From Balamuthia mandrillaris (taxonomy: Eukaryota), in assembly GCA_031835245.2 (NCBI GenBank), contig JAVKOQ020000069.1, forward strand, positions 62,001 to 126,000: 64,000 nucleotides of DNA. The letters are read 5' to 3'. The position numbers were made by a program, and so were the translations under genes. Shown here in pieces: positions 12,241 through 23,365 of the stretch. Every line of letters begins with the position of its first letter. Positions within the stretch are counted from its first letter, which is position 1. The notes beneath the pieces were generated by a model. The model saw nothing but the letters and a program-made list of their open reading frames with translations. It did no database searches and was not told where the DNA came from.

Positions 12241-12631
12241 TCGAAGTGGTAGTGTGCCTTCTCTGTGCCCTTGGGCAGTACTACTTTAGCGGCACAAAAA
12301 GCAACCACACTACTCGTTTGACGTTCTTCAGGTGTACTTTTTCTTTGCTTCTTCCTTCGCGTTGAGGAGCAGACTTGTTTTTATCATCATTTGCTGTCAC
12401 TGTTGTCGATAATAAAGCGGAAAAAATTATAAATGTCGACACCTCACCCTTTGTTCTGCATTGGAAGCTATGGATAATTTATCGCGCAGAAAATTATTGT
12501 GGAATACTTGCCAGCGAAAATTTCGATATTTTACCAAGTTTCCCTATGCAAATCCTTCCAAGAAGCCAAAAGAGTAGCGAAACACAGAGAAACATCGAAG
12601 AAACAAACCAGGCAAAAAGACGAAAGCAAAA

Positions 12632-13510
12632 ATGCGAAGCGCTGTACGTAGTCACGTTCCAGCAAGCGGCATCTTGAGTTTGAGGAAGAGGAGAAAAGAA
12701 CGCTCGGAGAGACAAAGACGTCACCCAACCTCCACTCCAGACACTGTCTTTCCCCCAACTACTGACCCAATGAAAGAAGAGAAGGAACAGCAGACTAACG
12801 GCGAGAAGCAGGAGACAGAATGTGTTGACGCACATGAGCCCAACAATGCGCGTTCTCTATGTTTGTTAGCCCTGAATGACCGTCTCGCACGCCTGACAAA
12901 GCAGCTTAGTAGTATCCACAAATTGAAAGAAGAGGAGGAGCAGGCGTCCCCTTCAAACCACAATGAGCACGCCACCGAAGGTCTACTGTTGACCGAGCTT
13001 CACGATATTCAACAACTGTTGCAGCAGTTGGAAGGCTTCAGGCTGAACTCCCAAACCAATGATAACGAACCCTCTGCAGAAATGACACTACGAAAGAAAA
13101 GCTTTGCCAACGGAAGCATCCAAAAGGTGCTTTCTTGGAGAGCTCGTTCCATCCTGGCCATTGCATTGGAAGAGGAGAGCAAGATGGCATTGGAGCGGCT
13201 CCGGGTCATCACGTACGTGAGGGGCAAGAAGAAGAGAAGAGCATTGTTGGCGGATCAAGCGGTGGTTCAAGGGCAAGCCTGCAAGTTGTTGGCTGATCAG
13301 TTGCGAGCAACTTTGATGGATCATCAGAATGGGAGCAATGAGACCCATAAAAAAGAAGACGAAGAAGAGAACGAAATCCATAACGAACAAGTGACGATGA
13401 AAGAAAATGAAACAAGTACATCAACAATTGTTGCCTCTGGTGGAGAAATGCGCTGCTCGGAGGTGCCTGGAGGAACCAGAGAGAACGGTCACAAGAAGCC
13501 AAGAATATGA
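12632..13510 (+). CDS. Hypothetical coiled-coil nuclear protein
   Basis: 292-aa ATG ORF with helical segments and a terminal KKPRI. It is divergent from the previous gene. Confidence 0.6.
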   Translation: MRSAVRSHVPASGILSLRKRRKERSERQRRHPTSTPDTVFPPTTDPMKEEKEQQTNGEKQETECVDAHEPNNARSLCLLALNDRLARLTKQLSSIHKLKEEEEQASPSNHNEHATEGLLLTELHDIQQLLQQLEGFRLNSQTNDNEPSAEMTLRKKSFANGSIQKVLSWRARSILAIALEEESKMALERLRVITYVRGKKKRRALLADQAVVQGQACKLLADQLRATLMDHQNGSNETHKKEDEEENEIHNEQVTMKENETSTSTIVASGGEMRCSEVPGGTRENGHKKPRI

Positions 13511-13993
13511 TGGAACAGTGAGGAGAAAAGTAATACAAGTAGGCCCCCAGTGAAATAGACACCAGGTCATCTTTGTTGTTTCATCTGTAAAAAGCAACCC
13601 ATTCCCCAACCAAAATAGCACAATCTCTCGCGAAACAATGAGAGAAACCACTCAGGTTTGCTCCAGAGAAACAACTCCAAGCCGAAATCTAGGAGAAAAC
13701 TGGGGAAAAGGTGGGATTACCCGAAAAACCCGAAATCGGAAATTAAAAAATCACCTAAAATGAACGAAGGTGACATCATCACTTGCCTATTATCCTATTG
13801 TCCGCACATAAAAAGTAGCGAAACGCCTTTTTGCCACACAAAAAAAAAAGTAGCGCGCGCGGCAATACAGCAGGTTTTCCACTTTGGTTTTTTTTTTTGT
13901 GCAGAGAACAACACAATACCCCTTGCGTTTCGGTGCTTACCTGTTGCAACAACATAACTCGAAGCACCAACTGGACCACACGAACCGTGCGTC

Positions 13994-14032
<39 letters not shown>

Positions 14033-14209
14033 TGTTGAGTGAAATTTTTCGATCTTTAAAAATCACTTTCCTGAACGCCCTATATATATATATATTTTTT
14101 TTTTGCTTTGCGTTATTCTGCTGCATCCATTCAGAGCTTCTGCCTCATTTGCTAAAGCTACAAAGCTTTCCTCGCAACAATCCATCAATAACGATCTGTA
14201 ACCCTCACT

Positions 14210-17200
14210 ATGTGGGATCCATTCGCACCACCTGGGACTAGCCCTTTCCCTCAACAACAACAGCAAATCCATGCACCTCCCATGATGATGATGGGAGGAG
14301 GCTTTCCTCAACAACAAGTCGCTTCCCCGCCTCCTTTTTCTGGCCCTTTTCCTCAACAACCTTATTACGGCGCTCCTCTTTCTCAACCTGCGCCTCATCA
14401 CCAACCTGCTTTTGCAACACCTCCTCCCAGCAATAACTGGCCGCCTACCTCACCTCCAGGTACAGGCTTTGGTGGCTACCCTGCGCCACCGCACAGCGCA
14501 CCGCCGGGGGCTCATCCTTATGGCCCTCCTTCGGTTGTATCCCCTCCTGCAAGCGGCCCTCACTATCCACAACAAGCTTTTCCGCAGCAGCAACAACAAC
14601 AACATTATCCTCCTCAACAGCAACAGCAACCACAACAGCAACCGCAACAACGGCGTCAATCGTTGCCTCCCCATCAACAACAACCACAAACCTCCGCATC
14701 TTATCGTCAGCCTTCTTCTTCCTCTTCTTTACAGCAACAGCAGCCGCCACAATCAGCCTCTTCTCGTCGTCAATCCTCTTCTCCTTCTTTGGCACAACAA
14801 AATCCTCTCGTTAGCGAGCTGAAATCTGTGCAAAGAAACGGCAGTACTTCTTCTCTTCAAAGACCTCAACAACCTCAAGCGCGTTCTTCCTCTGCATTAC
14901 AAGCACCACCATCAACAATAGGGGGAGGAGACAAGAGCAAAGTCAGTCCACGAAGAACCGCTCCACTGGCTCGAATGGGAGAAACCAAAGTGGAAAGAGG
15001 ACAGGGAGAGTCCAAGCATGCCTATAGCACGGAGGAGACGCGCTCCTTTGCTCAGCATATCAATGAGGTGTTGGGCAACGACCCTGACCTGAAGAAGCAT
15101 TTGCTGTTAAATCCTCACTCAACGGAGCTGTTTGATGCCATCGCTGCCGATGGCCTTTTGCTTTGGTTTGTGCTTTCTTGTTGTCCTTTTCACCCTTTTT
15201 TCCTTTATTCTTTTTCTTTTCGTTTTAATTTCATATCTTCTCATTTTGCTTATTCTGTTGTTGCCATAAACCTTCCTTTTTTTTTCTTTTGCTTCTCTTT
15301 CTCGCATTAACAAAGTTTTTGCTGCCGATTGTGCGCAATAATACAGTAAGTTGGTAAATCATGTGCGGCCAGGAACTATCGCAGAGAATATGATATGCAA
15401 GAAGCCCAACATGAATCCATTTGAGCTGCGGCAGAACCTCATTTATGGCATTGAAGGCTGCAAACGCCTTGGCCTCGTCGTAGTTAACATCGGTCCCGAA
15501 GACATCAAAGACAAAACTGTAATTCTTATCTTTTCTCTATTCTCTCATAGCTATCTCTTTTCTCAACTAACTCATCTTATCTTGCAACAGCCACACTTGA
15601 TTCTTGGTTTGTTGTGGCAGATTATCAAGGTTTGACAACATGTTCTCCTCTTTGTCTCTTTTCTTCTTAAAATACTTATTTCTCTTTTTCTCTGTCTATC
15701 TCTTATTTTACCATCTTCAAAAGTTGGGTTTGATGGACGCTGTATCCGTCGAGAAACATCCCAACCTGGTAACGCTAATGGAAGAAGGTGAAAATGTCCA
15801 AGACTTTGTGAACCTTCCCCCAGAGGAAACTCTCCTCCGTTGGTTCAATTACCATCTAAAGCGAGCTGGACATCCTCGACGTGTCCGTAACTTTGGCAGT
15901 GATATCGCTGTAAGTAGACTTTCTTTTTTTCAACTAGCGAAAACAAACTAATTAAAACATAAAATTACACAAAAGGATTCGGAAAACTATTTGGTGCTGC
16001 TCAACCAACTGAACCCATCCCAATGCCGATTGGACGCTTTGCAAGAGCAAAACTTGGAACGCAGGGCTGAGGCCATGCTTCAAAATGCTGACAAAGTTGG
16101 CTGCCGTAAGTTTGTTGAACCAATTGATGTCGTCTTGGTACGTTTTTTTTTTTTCTTGTTCTTCTTCCTTTTTGTTCTTATTATGACGAAAACACAAACA
16201 AAGGGAAATCCAAAACTGAACTTGGCGTTTGTTGCCAACTTATTCAACAATAACGTATGTTTGGAGGACGATCGTTCTGGCGAACAACAACGTCGTCTGC
16301 AGGCTGAAGCAGAAGCCGCCATGCGCCAAAAGCTGGCCGATGAGGAACGTCGTCTTCGAGAACAATGGCAAGCTCAAGAGGCCGAGTGGCGAAGACAACT
16401 GGAGGAAGAGCGCCGTCGTCAAGAGCAGCTGTTGAATGCGGAGACAGCGGCCAGGATGAATAGGTTGAACCAGGAAGAGGCAGCCGCAAGAGAACGATTG
16501 AGAAGAGAGGAGGAAGAGAGCAAGCGACGCTTACAAGATATGGAAAGAGCAAAGCAAGAACAATGGCGCAGAGAGAACGAGGAGCGCAATCGTCAGAGGA
16601 TGATGGAGGAACAGAAAAAGATGGAGGAGGCTAGGAGATTGGATGAGGCAAGGCGGAGACAGCAGGCAGCAGAGGAGGAAGCTCGTCGTCAACAGCAGCA
16701 GCAACAGTGGTTGTATCAGCAGCAGCAACAACAGCTGGCGATGCAGCAGCAAGCCTGGGAACAGGAGCAACAAAGGCAGCGGCAAGAGTGGGAGGAGCAG
16801 CAACGACGCCTGGCCATGCAGCAACAGACGACCACCACTACCACCACTCACCATTACCATCACCAAAAACAACCGGATAAGGTTATTGTCAAAGGTTTGC
16901 TCTTCCTAGCGTCGCTCTTTCTTTCTCGTTTCTGTGTTCCTTACACTATTTTTTGTACTACAAACTAGTGTTGAAGGCAAGACGGTTGGCCAAGATGGAC
17001 AAGTTTGGCATCGGAAAGCCGGATCCGTATGCAACTGTGACCTATAGAGACCAAACCCAGACCACTCGAGCCATCTACGACACCAAAGACCCTACTTGGA
17101 ATCAAGAGTTTACAATGTACATCTTCTCTCACCTTTCTCTCTATCTCTTATCTCCTCGCTTTTCTGACCCACTAACACCATTTCCTTCTTGTTGGTTTAG

Positions 17201-17414
17201 TCACAACTTTGATCCAGCAGGCACAACACCCATTCACGTGGAGGTGTACGACAAAGAAACGCTCAGCAAGGACACTTTCCTGGGGCACGTTCGCGTAACG
17301 CCAAGCCAGGTGGTGAGCATGCAAGGCAGCCCCGAGTGGTTCACTCTGCAAAGCTCTCCCAAGGCCCGAGGTCGCGTCAAAGGAGATATACTCCTTCAGC
17401 TTAAGTTATGTTAG
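14210..17414 (+). CDS. Fimbrin/plastin-type actin-binding domain (CH1-CH2) protein with a Pro/Gln N-terminus, coiled coil and C-terminal C2 domain; multi-exon
   Basis: Fimbrin ABD1 motifs [73 protein letters not shown]2 motifs [38 protein letters not shown]. Confidence 0.85.
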
Positions 17415-17486
17415 AAAGGGTTTGTGCAAAGCAACAAACAAAAAACAGAAGTATATAAAAGTATGTTTAAAGTTTTTCGTTTTTCT

Positions 17487-18197
17487 TTATGGTGAAGAGG
17501 AAGCGGAAGAAGAGGAAGAAGGAGATTCGAGTTGGATGGTAACAGGGCCGTCGTTTACCAATTCGACTTCCATCATGGCGCCAAATACTCCTTCTGCTCC
17601 ATAACGAAATAAGTGCTTGGAAGAAGAGAAAGAGGAAAGAAGCGGAAAGACAGAAGAGGAAAGATAGAAGTGCAAAGAAGAGAGAACGAGAGACGAAAAG
17701 AGAGAAGAGAACAGAGAATAGAACCTTTAACCCGATCTGGAACGTAGCTCTTTCGAACTTTCTCAACAAAGGAGGCGTAGAAAGCGCGAGAGCCGCCTTC
17801 GGCCGACCCGTCACGTCCTTCGGGCGGCATGGCGTTGTGAAAGTCGGGTTTATTGCCTTTCAGGATGCCGTACAGAGTGAACTGGCTGACCAACAGGATT
17901 TCATAGTTTTTGGCGGTGACGCTCTTGGTCCACGCCTTGCCCTTCTCATCCGGCCAAAGACGCATCCCAAGGATCTTGCGACAGCTGTTGAGCCATGGCG
18001 TCAGCGAGAAAGATCATATCACACATCTCCCGTGCAACGTTACAAAGAAAGAAGCAGGCGTACATGTATTCCGCATCTTCTGGTTTGTCTGTTCGTGAGA
18101 TGCCGACAAGAACCAAAAGGCCATTGTCAATGGCAGCAACTGTCTCCCCGTTCACATGGACGGCAGCTCGCAAGACGCGTTGCACGATAGCTCTCAT
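17487..18197 (-). CDS. DTD1: D-aminoacyl-tRNA deacylase; 3 exons
   Basis: MRAIVQRV, SQFTLYG, KGNKPDFH, GVFGAMMEVELVNDGPVT. Confidence 0.95.
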
Positions 18198-18248
18198 GTG
18201 CGCTTCCTTGGGTTCCCTTCACCGTAACTTTTCCTGTTGGTGCTTTTC

Positions 18249-18397
18249 TGACGTCATTATTTCCTTTTACAATTTACGCATGACGTATGCTTCATAAATG
18301 GTGGAAGTGACGTCATCCAAGTAATGGATCGGGTGACGTCAGGACGAAAATCCTAAAATTCCAGTCATTCCGATCTTTGATCAATTTGGTGACGTCA
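18249..18397. promoter_or_regulatory. Cluster of CRE/ATF-like TGACGTCA sites in a divergent promoter
   Basis: Perfect TGACGTCA at 18249, 18308, 18334 and 18390, plus TGACGT at 18281, between DTD1 and the hemerythrin gene. Confidence 0.6.
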
Positions 18398-18672
18398 GCA
18401 GATGGAAAGAAGAAGGAAATTTAGAAAGAAATCAAGGAGGAGGTTGATAGGCAATCGATGGTGCAGCAATGAAGAAAGCATGTTTTCCAACTTTCCACCC
18501 GTAACGCAACGCTTTTGGCCTCACGTGAACGCTATGGCAGCTTGCTTGCATTTTTACAGAAAATCCAAAGCGAGAACTCCACCGCTCCCCAACTTTAAAA
18601 ACTGTGTTTTTTTTGTTGGCTTTTGTTCTCTTTTCTTCTTCTTTCCATCCGACTGAACAAGAAACTAACACA

Positions 18673-19120
18673 ATGGACTGCGAAAGCGTTTTGAAGAGAG
18701 ACCACGCCAAGGTGAAGAGCTTGTTCCAGGAGCACACCACCGTCACCAACCTCGAGAGGAAGCGCGCCATCGGGGACCAGCTCATCAAGGAGCTCTGCAT
18801 CCACTCCAACATCGAGTGCCTGGTGCTCTACCCGACCATGAGGAAGTGCCTCCCCAACGGCGACCTCATCGTCAAGAAGGCCTTGGAGGAGCACCTCACC
18901 GTGGAGAACATGCTCAACGACCTCAGCAAGCTCAGCCCTGACCAGCCCGACTGGGACAGGATCATGGGCCTGTTGATGAGGGACACCCTGAGCCACATCG
19001 ATGACGAGGAGCAGAACCTGCTGCCCGAGCTGCAGAAGAACCTCACTGCTGAGGAGTGGCTGAACCTGGGCAGGCGCTTGGAGCAGAGCAAGGGCTCCGC
19101 TCCTACCAGGCCTCATGTAT

Positions 19121-19160
<40 letters not shown>

Positions 19161-19325
19161 TTTGCTTCTTCTCTCCTTCTTCTTTTTCTTCTCGATTTTC
19201 CTAACGTTGTGCCTCAAAAAAAACAGCCCCATATGCCAAAGGAAGGAATGACGGCCAAGATTGCCGCTGCCTTGGCTGCTCCCGCCGACAAGATGGCTGA
19301 TACCCTCATGGGACGCACCAAGTAA
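18673..19325 (+). CDS. Hemerythrin-like (HHE cation-binding) domain protein; one intron at about 19117-19227
   Basis: LKRDH..., HSNIE..LYP, LEEH, HIDDEE..LLPEL and the family C-terminal APTRPHP formed across the splice. Confidence 0.85.
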
Positions 19326-19871
19326 GAACTCGTGTGGGAGGAAAACAAAAACCAGGCGGATGGGCTTCCAACACACCGAGAGATTCCTCTATTTGTTGTT
19401 AGAGAGCCAATCCCTTATTTCTCTCTTGTCTGCATCTATAAATACAATTTTGTCATTCCCAAATGCTCTCTTCTCCTTCTCCTCTTCTCTGCATTCTCTC
19501 TATTCTTCCCCAAGGGAATGAAAAAGATGTGATGGAAAAGTACTTGAGAGAGGAACCTAGGGGTACAACGCGGGGGCTCCCTGGGAGTCAGAGGCGGCAC
19601 TCGGTGTTCTTATCCAGGCCTTGTTTGTTTGATCCTTTTTTTGGAGGGTCAGAAGAGAGAAGACTAGCGGAGGAGAGAGCGAGAGAGCGAGAAACTGAGA
19701 GAGAGGGAAACAAGCGATTGAAAGTGAGAGAGAGAGAGAGAGAGAGAGAGAAAATAAAAAGGACTATTTTTTTTGTTTGAGAAGCGTATATTTTGAAAGT
19801 AGAGAGGTAGTTTACAACAGGAACAGAATATTGTTTCTTTTGCTTTTTTTCTGGGGTTTTCTGGCGTGCGT

Positions 19872-21473
19872 TCATTGCGGGGAGGCTTCGTGGCTCTGTA
19901 GAAGCTTTGTTCGCTTGGGGTGATGGGGGTCCGCTTTCTTGTTGGTTTTGTGGGCGGCCCCGCTCAGCAGCTTTTCTCGCAGCATGGTGCTGCTCACGCT
20001 CGAGGTGTAGGGGAAGAGGTGGATCCGCATGCCGAGCTTCTCGATCAGCTGCCGACCGGGGAAGGTGGGCATGTCGTTGCCTCTCATGTACACAGAGAAC
20101 GCTGCTTCCTATTGTTTGGTTTTTAAAAGAAGAGGAGAAAACACATGTTAGTCACGTGGTGCACAAACAGTTTACAACAAAAAACAGAGCCACAAAAGCA
20201 AACGACACGTTATCCAAGAGCGCCTCTTATTCCTGAAGGTTCTCCCTCCCTCTTCTTCTCCTCCTCATTTTCGCCCTTTGCCGTTGTCGTTATTGTCCTT
20301 AGCGGGTGATGGTGGCCGAAGCAGCGCGGCTCGTCGTCGTCGTCGTCGTCGAGAGAGACAGAGAGAGGGAGTCCCAGGAAGGAAGGCCTTTGGGTTCAGG
20401 GCTCGTTCGTCGCGTCTAGCTTTCACAAAGCAAACACACACAATACAAAAAGAATAGAAGGAATGTCCATCCATGCATGGCCTTTCTTCTAGTCTTTTGC
20501 AAAAAAAATAACGAAAAAGAAACAAAAAAACCTGGACGGGTGATCCATGGACAACAAAAGAGAAGAGAGAAAGGGAGAGAAGCCGACGCTTACCTTTTTG
20601 TCAATGATGGCGGCCAGGTAGGGAGTGGGATCGGTGGACGGGATGACAAACGCTCGGTCGGCGTACTTGGCCACGTTGGCCAGCCGCTTCTCCAGCGGGT
20701 CGATCGGCCACTTGGCCTTCAGCTTGTAGATGGAGAGGTCATCGTGTACGCCGATGACGAGCTTGCAGCCCTCCCCGCCGAAGCGCCGCATGCGGGAGAA
20801 GAGGATCTTGTGGCCGTAGTGAAAGAGGTCAAAGCAACCGACGGAATAGATGAAATGGATGGGAGCCCTGTCCTTTTCTTTGGAGGAGTTGGCAGAGGCG
20901 GAAGTGGAGGAAGAAGAAGACGAGGACGAAGAACCCGGAACAACGACGTCGTTGAGACCAGACAGCGAGGAAAAGACCTCCTTTTCCTTTTGGCTGAGCT
21001 CTTTGTCGGAGGGGGCACCGGGTGGGGACGTCTCTGGCACTTCTTTCCTCTGCATTTCTTTTTCCAGCTCGTCCAGCCGTGAAGTTTTTCTAAACATGAT
21101 TTGGATTTTTTTTAAAATAAAATAATAATAAATATATGCAGCAAGAGAAAGAGAGCGAGTGGATGTATAAACAACACGAACACTGTTCGAATTTTAAAAA
21201 TAAAAGAAAATAACAAAAAAAAAAACAATTATATAAATAGTGAAAGTAAAGAGAGAAACGGACGAAAAAAGGAGGCAAACAGCAGGAAAATTGGAAGAAA
21301 GCAGAAAAGCAGAAACATGACAGTAATTCAATTTTCGTTTTAAAAAAATTCCAATAACCAAAAACAACAATACAAAAAAAAAAACTACAACCAGAAAGAA
21401 ATGAAAGGAGGTGGAGACCTTACCTTAATTCACCGGCGTACCAGGCGGACAACTTGGACTCATAGTATGACAT
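19872..21473 (-). CDS. HxGH-family cytidylyltransferase (glycerol-3-P/ethanolamine-P CT-like, single domain); 3 exons
   Basis: YSVGCFDLFHYGH, LVIGVHDD, RGND and YTSSVSSTMLRE. Exon 1 (21473-21424) splices in frame to 21089, giving MSYYESKLSAWYAGELRKTSRL. Exon 2 ends at 20594. Confidence 0.9.
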
Positions 21474-22052
21474 TTGCTTAGTTGGTTGTTTGGTTTTGTG
21501 GTTTTGTTGGATATGTTGTTGTGGTTTTGTTGGATATGCTGCAAATAGTAATGTAGGGTGAAAGAGGGGGAGAAATAAGACAAAAAAAAGCAGAACAAAA
21601 AAACTATTATTTAACGCGGAATGCGGCACAATAAAGAGAAAGAGAGAGAGAGATGTGAACGCTTTGAAACAATTTAAAAATAATGAATTTGGATGCATGG
21701 GCTTTCCGTGCCAATATTTATAGTATTCACCAATCTTGGAATTTTCCGGGCAGGTTCCTTATTCCGTGATTTACCTGCATTGTGATTGGTTCGGAAATAT
21801 TGTTGTACCGGAAAAATTAATCTCTCAACCAATCAGAAATCGTAGCATCGTTGTATCGTGTAATGACGTTGTCACCCAATGACGTGGCACATTCGACAAA
21901 AGGTAAATTTCTCGGTAATGACGTGGATGTTTCATTAAAAGGAAACATTTAATGAATCAAACCCAAATTAATCACCACGGAAAATTCAATTTTTGTCGAC
22001 ATTATTTCCTTTTTTTTTTTTCGAAAACAAAAAAACAGAAAAAACAGAAAGA

Positions 22053-23300
22053 ATGTCTTCGCCGACGGCGGTGGTGGACCCTTCGAAGGGGATGTGGTGG
22101 TACGCCTCTGACCCCGCCAACTTGTGTACCCTCACGGGGTTGGTGTTTGGCAACATCACGCTCTATTTGATTTTGGTGTCGCAACGCTTCAACCTGGCCA
22201 TGTGCACCCTCATGGTTTCGTGCCTGTGCGACTGGCTGGACGGAGCTATTGCTCGTGAGCTTGCTGCCAAGGTAATCCGCTCCCCTTTTTTTTCTCTTTT
22301 CTTTTTTCCTTTCCTCCTCTTTTCATTCGAACACTCACCAAAAGAAAAACCAAAAAAATAATAATAAACAAATAGAAAGGGAGAGATCCTTTGATTGGGA
22401 AAGTGGGAGGACATTTGGACTCTCTCTGCGACTTGGTGAATTTTGGGGTGGTGCCGGTTGTCTGCGTGTTGACCTACACTCAGTTCTCTTTGGGCGCTTT
22501 GGTCGTCGGTGCTTGCTATTTGTGCAATATGGCCGTTCGCTTGGCATACTTTAATGTGTTTGGCCTGAAGTCCGCTCCAGGTTCTCTCTCGCTCTCACCC
22601 TTGCTCTCTTGGGTTTTTTTTCTCCTTTCTCTCTCTTGTTTCTTCACTGCTTCTCTTCTCTCTCTCTCTCCCCTCTGTTTTTTTCTATCCTCTTTTCTCT
22701 TCTTTTTCGTGGTACTGGTCTCATCCCTTCGCACCGAACCTTTGCTCCGTTTTCTTTGTCTATCTCACTTTATTTATTTTTCGCTTTCTTTCACGTCCTT
22801 TTTGTTGTTGTTTGCGTCACAATGTTCAAACGAGAAAAAAAAGCAGAGGAACAAGCTTCCTCTTTTTTTTTTTGTTTGTTGTTTTATTGTTTGTTATTGA
22901 GCTTTGAGGAAAGGAAAACAACTCAAAGAGTAGGAAGGAGGGATAAACCGTACATAAAAGCTTCAACGCCCATAACGATCATTCGCCATTAACTATTTGT
23001 TTGTTTTATTTTTCTTTTCTTCCCATTTCTTTTTTTTTCGTGCAAACAGGAGAGAGACCTTACTTTAGAGGGATGCCGGTGGATAGGAATGCGATGGCAT
23101 TGGCCCTCCTCTTCACAGTGGAAGGCACTCTTTCCTACACCCTCTTCAGCAACCTTTTGCTGGTGTTGTTGGTCGTTTTGTTAATGGCGAATGCGAGCAC
23201 CATCCCGGTTCCGAAGCACAAGACCCCGACGGACCCGCTCTTTCTTGGCTTTATTCTGTTCCAACTCGTTTTGTTCTTCTTGAACTGGCTGCGGACGTAA
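22053..23300 (+). CDS. CDP-alcohol phosphatidyltransferase (PssA/Pcs-like); 3 exons
   Basis: DPANLCTL, signature DWLDGAIAR...GGHLDSLCD, RLAYFNV and YFRGMP, with several transmembrane helices. Confidence 0.9.
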
Positions 23301-23365
23301 CAAGTATTTTGCTTTTTGTTTTTTTAATGTGTTGTTTTTTTATTTTTGTTTTATAGAAAGAACAA

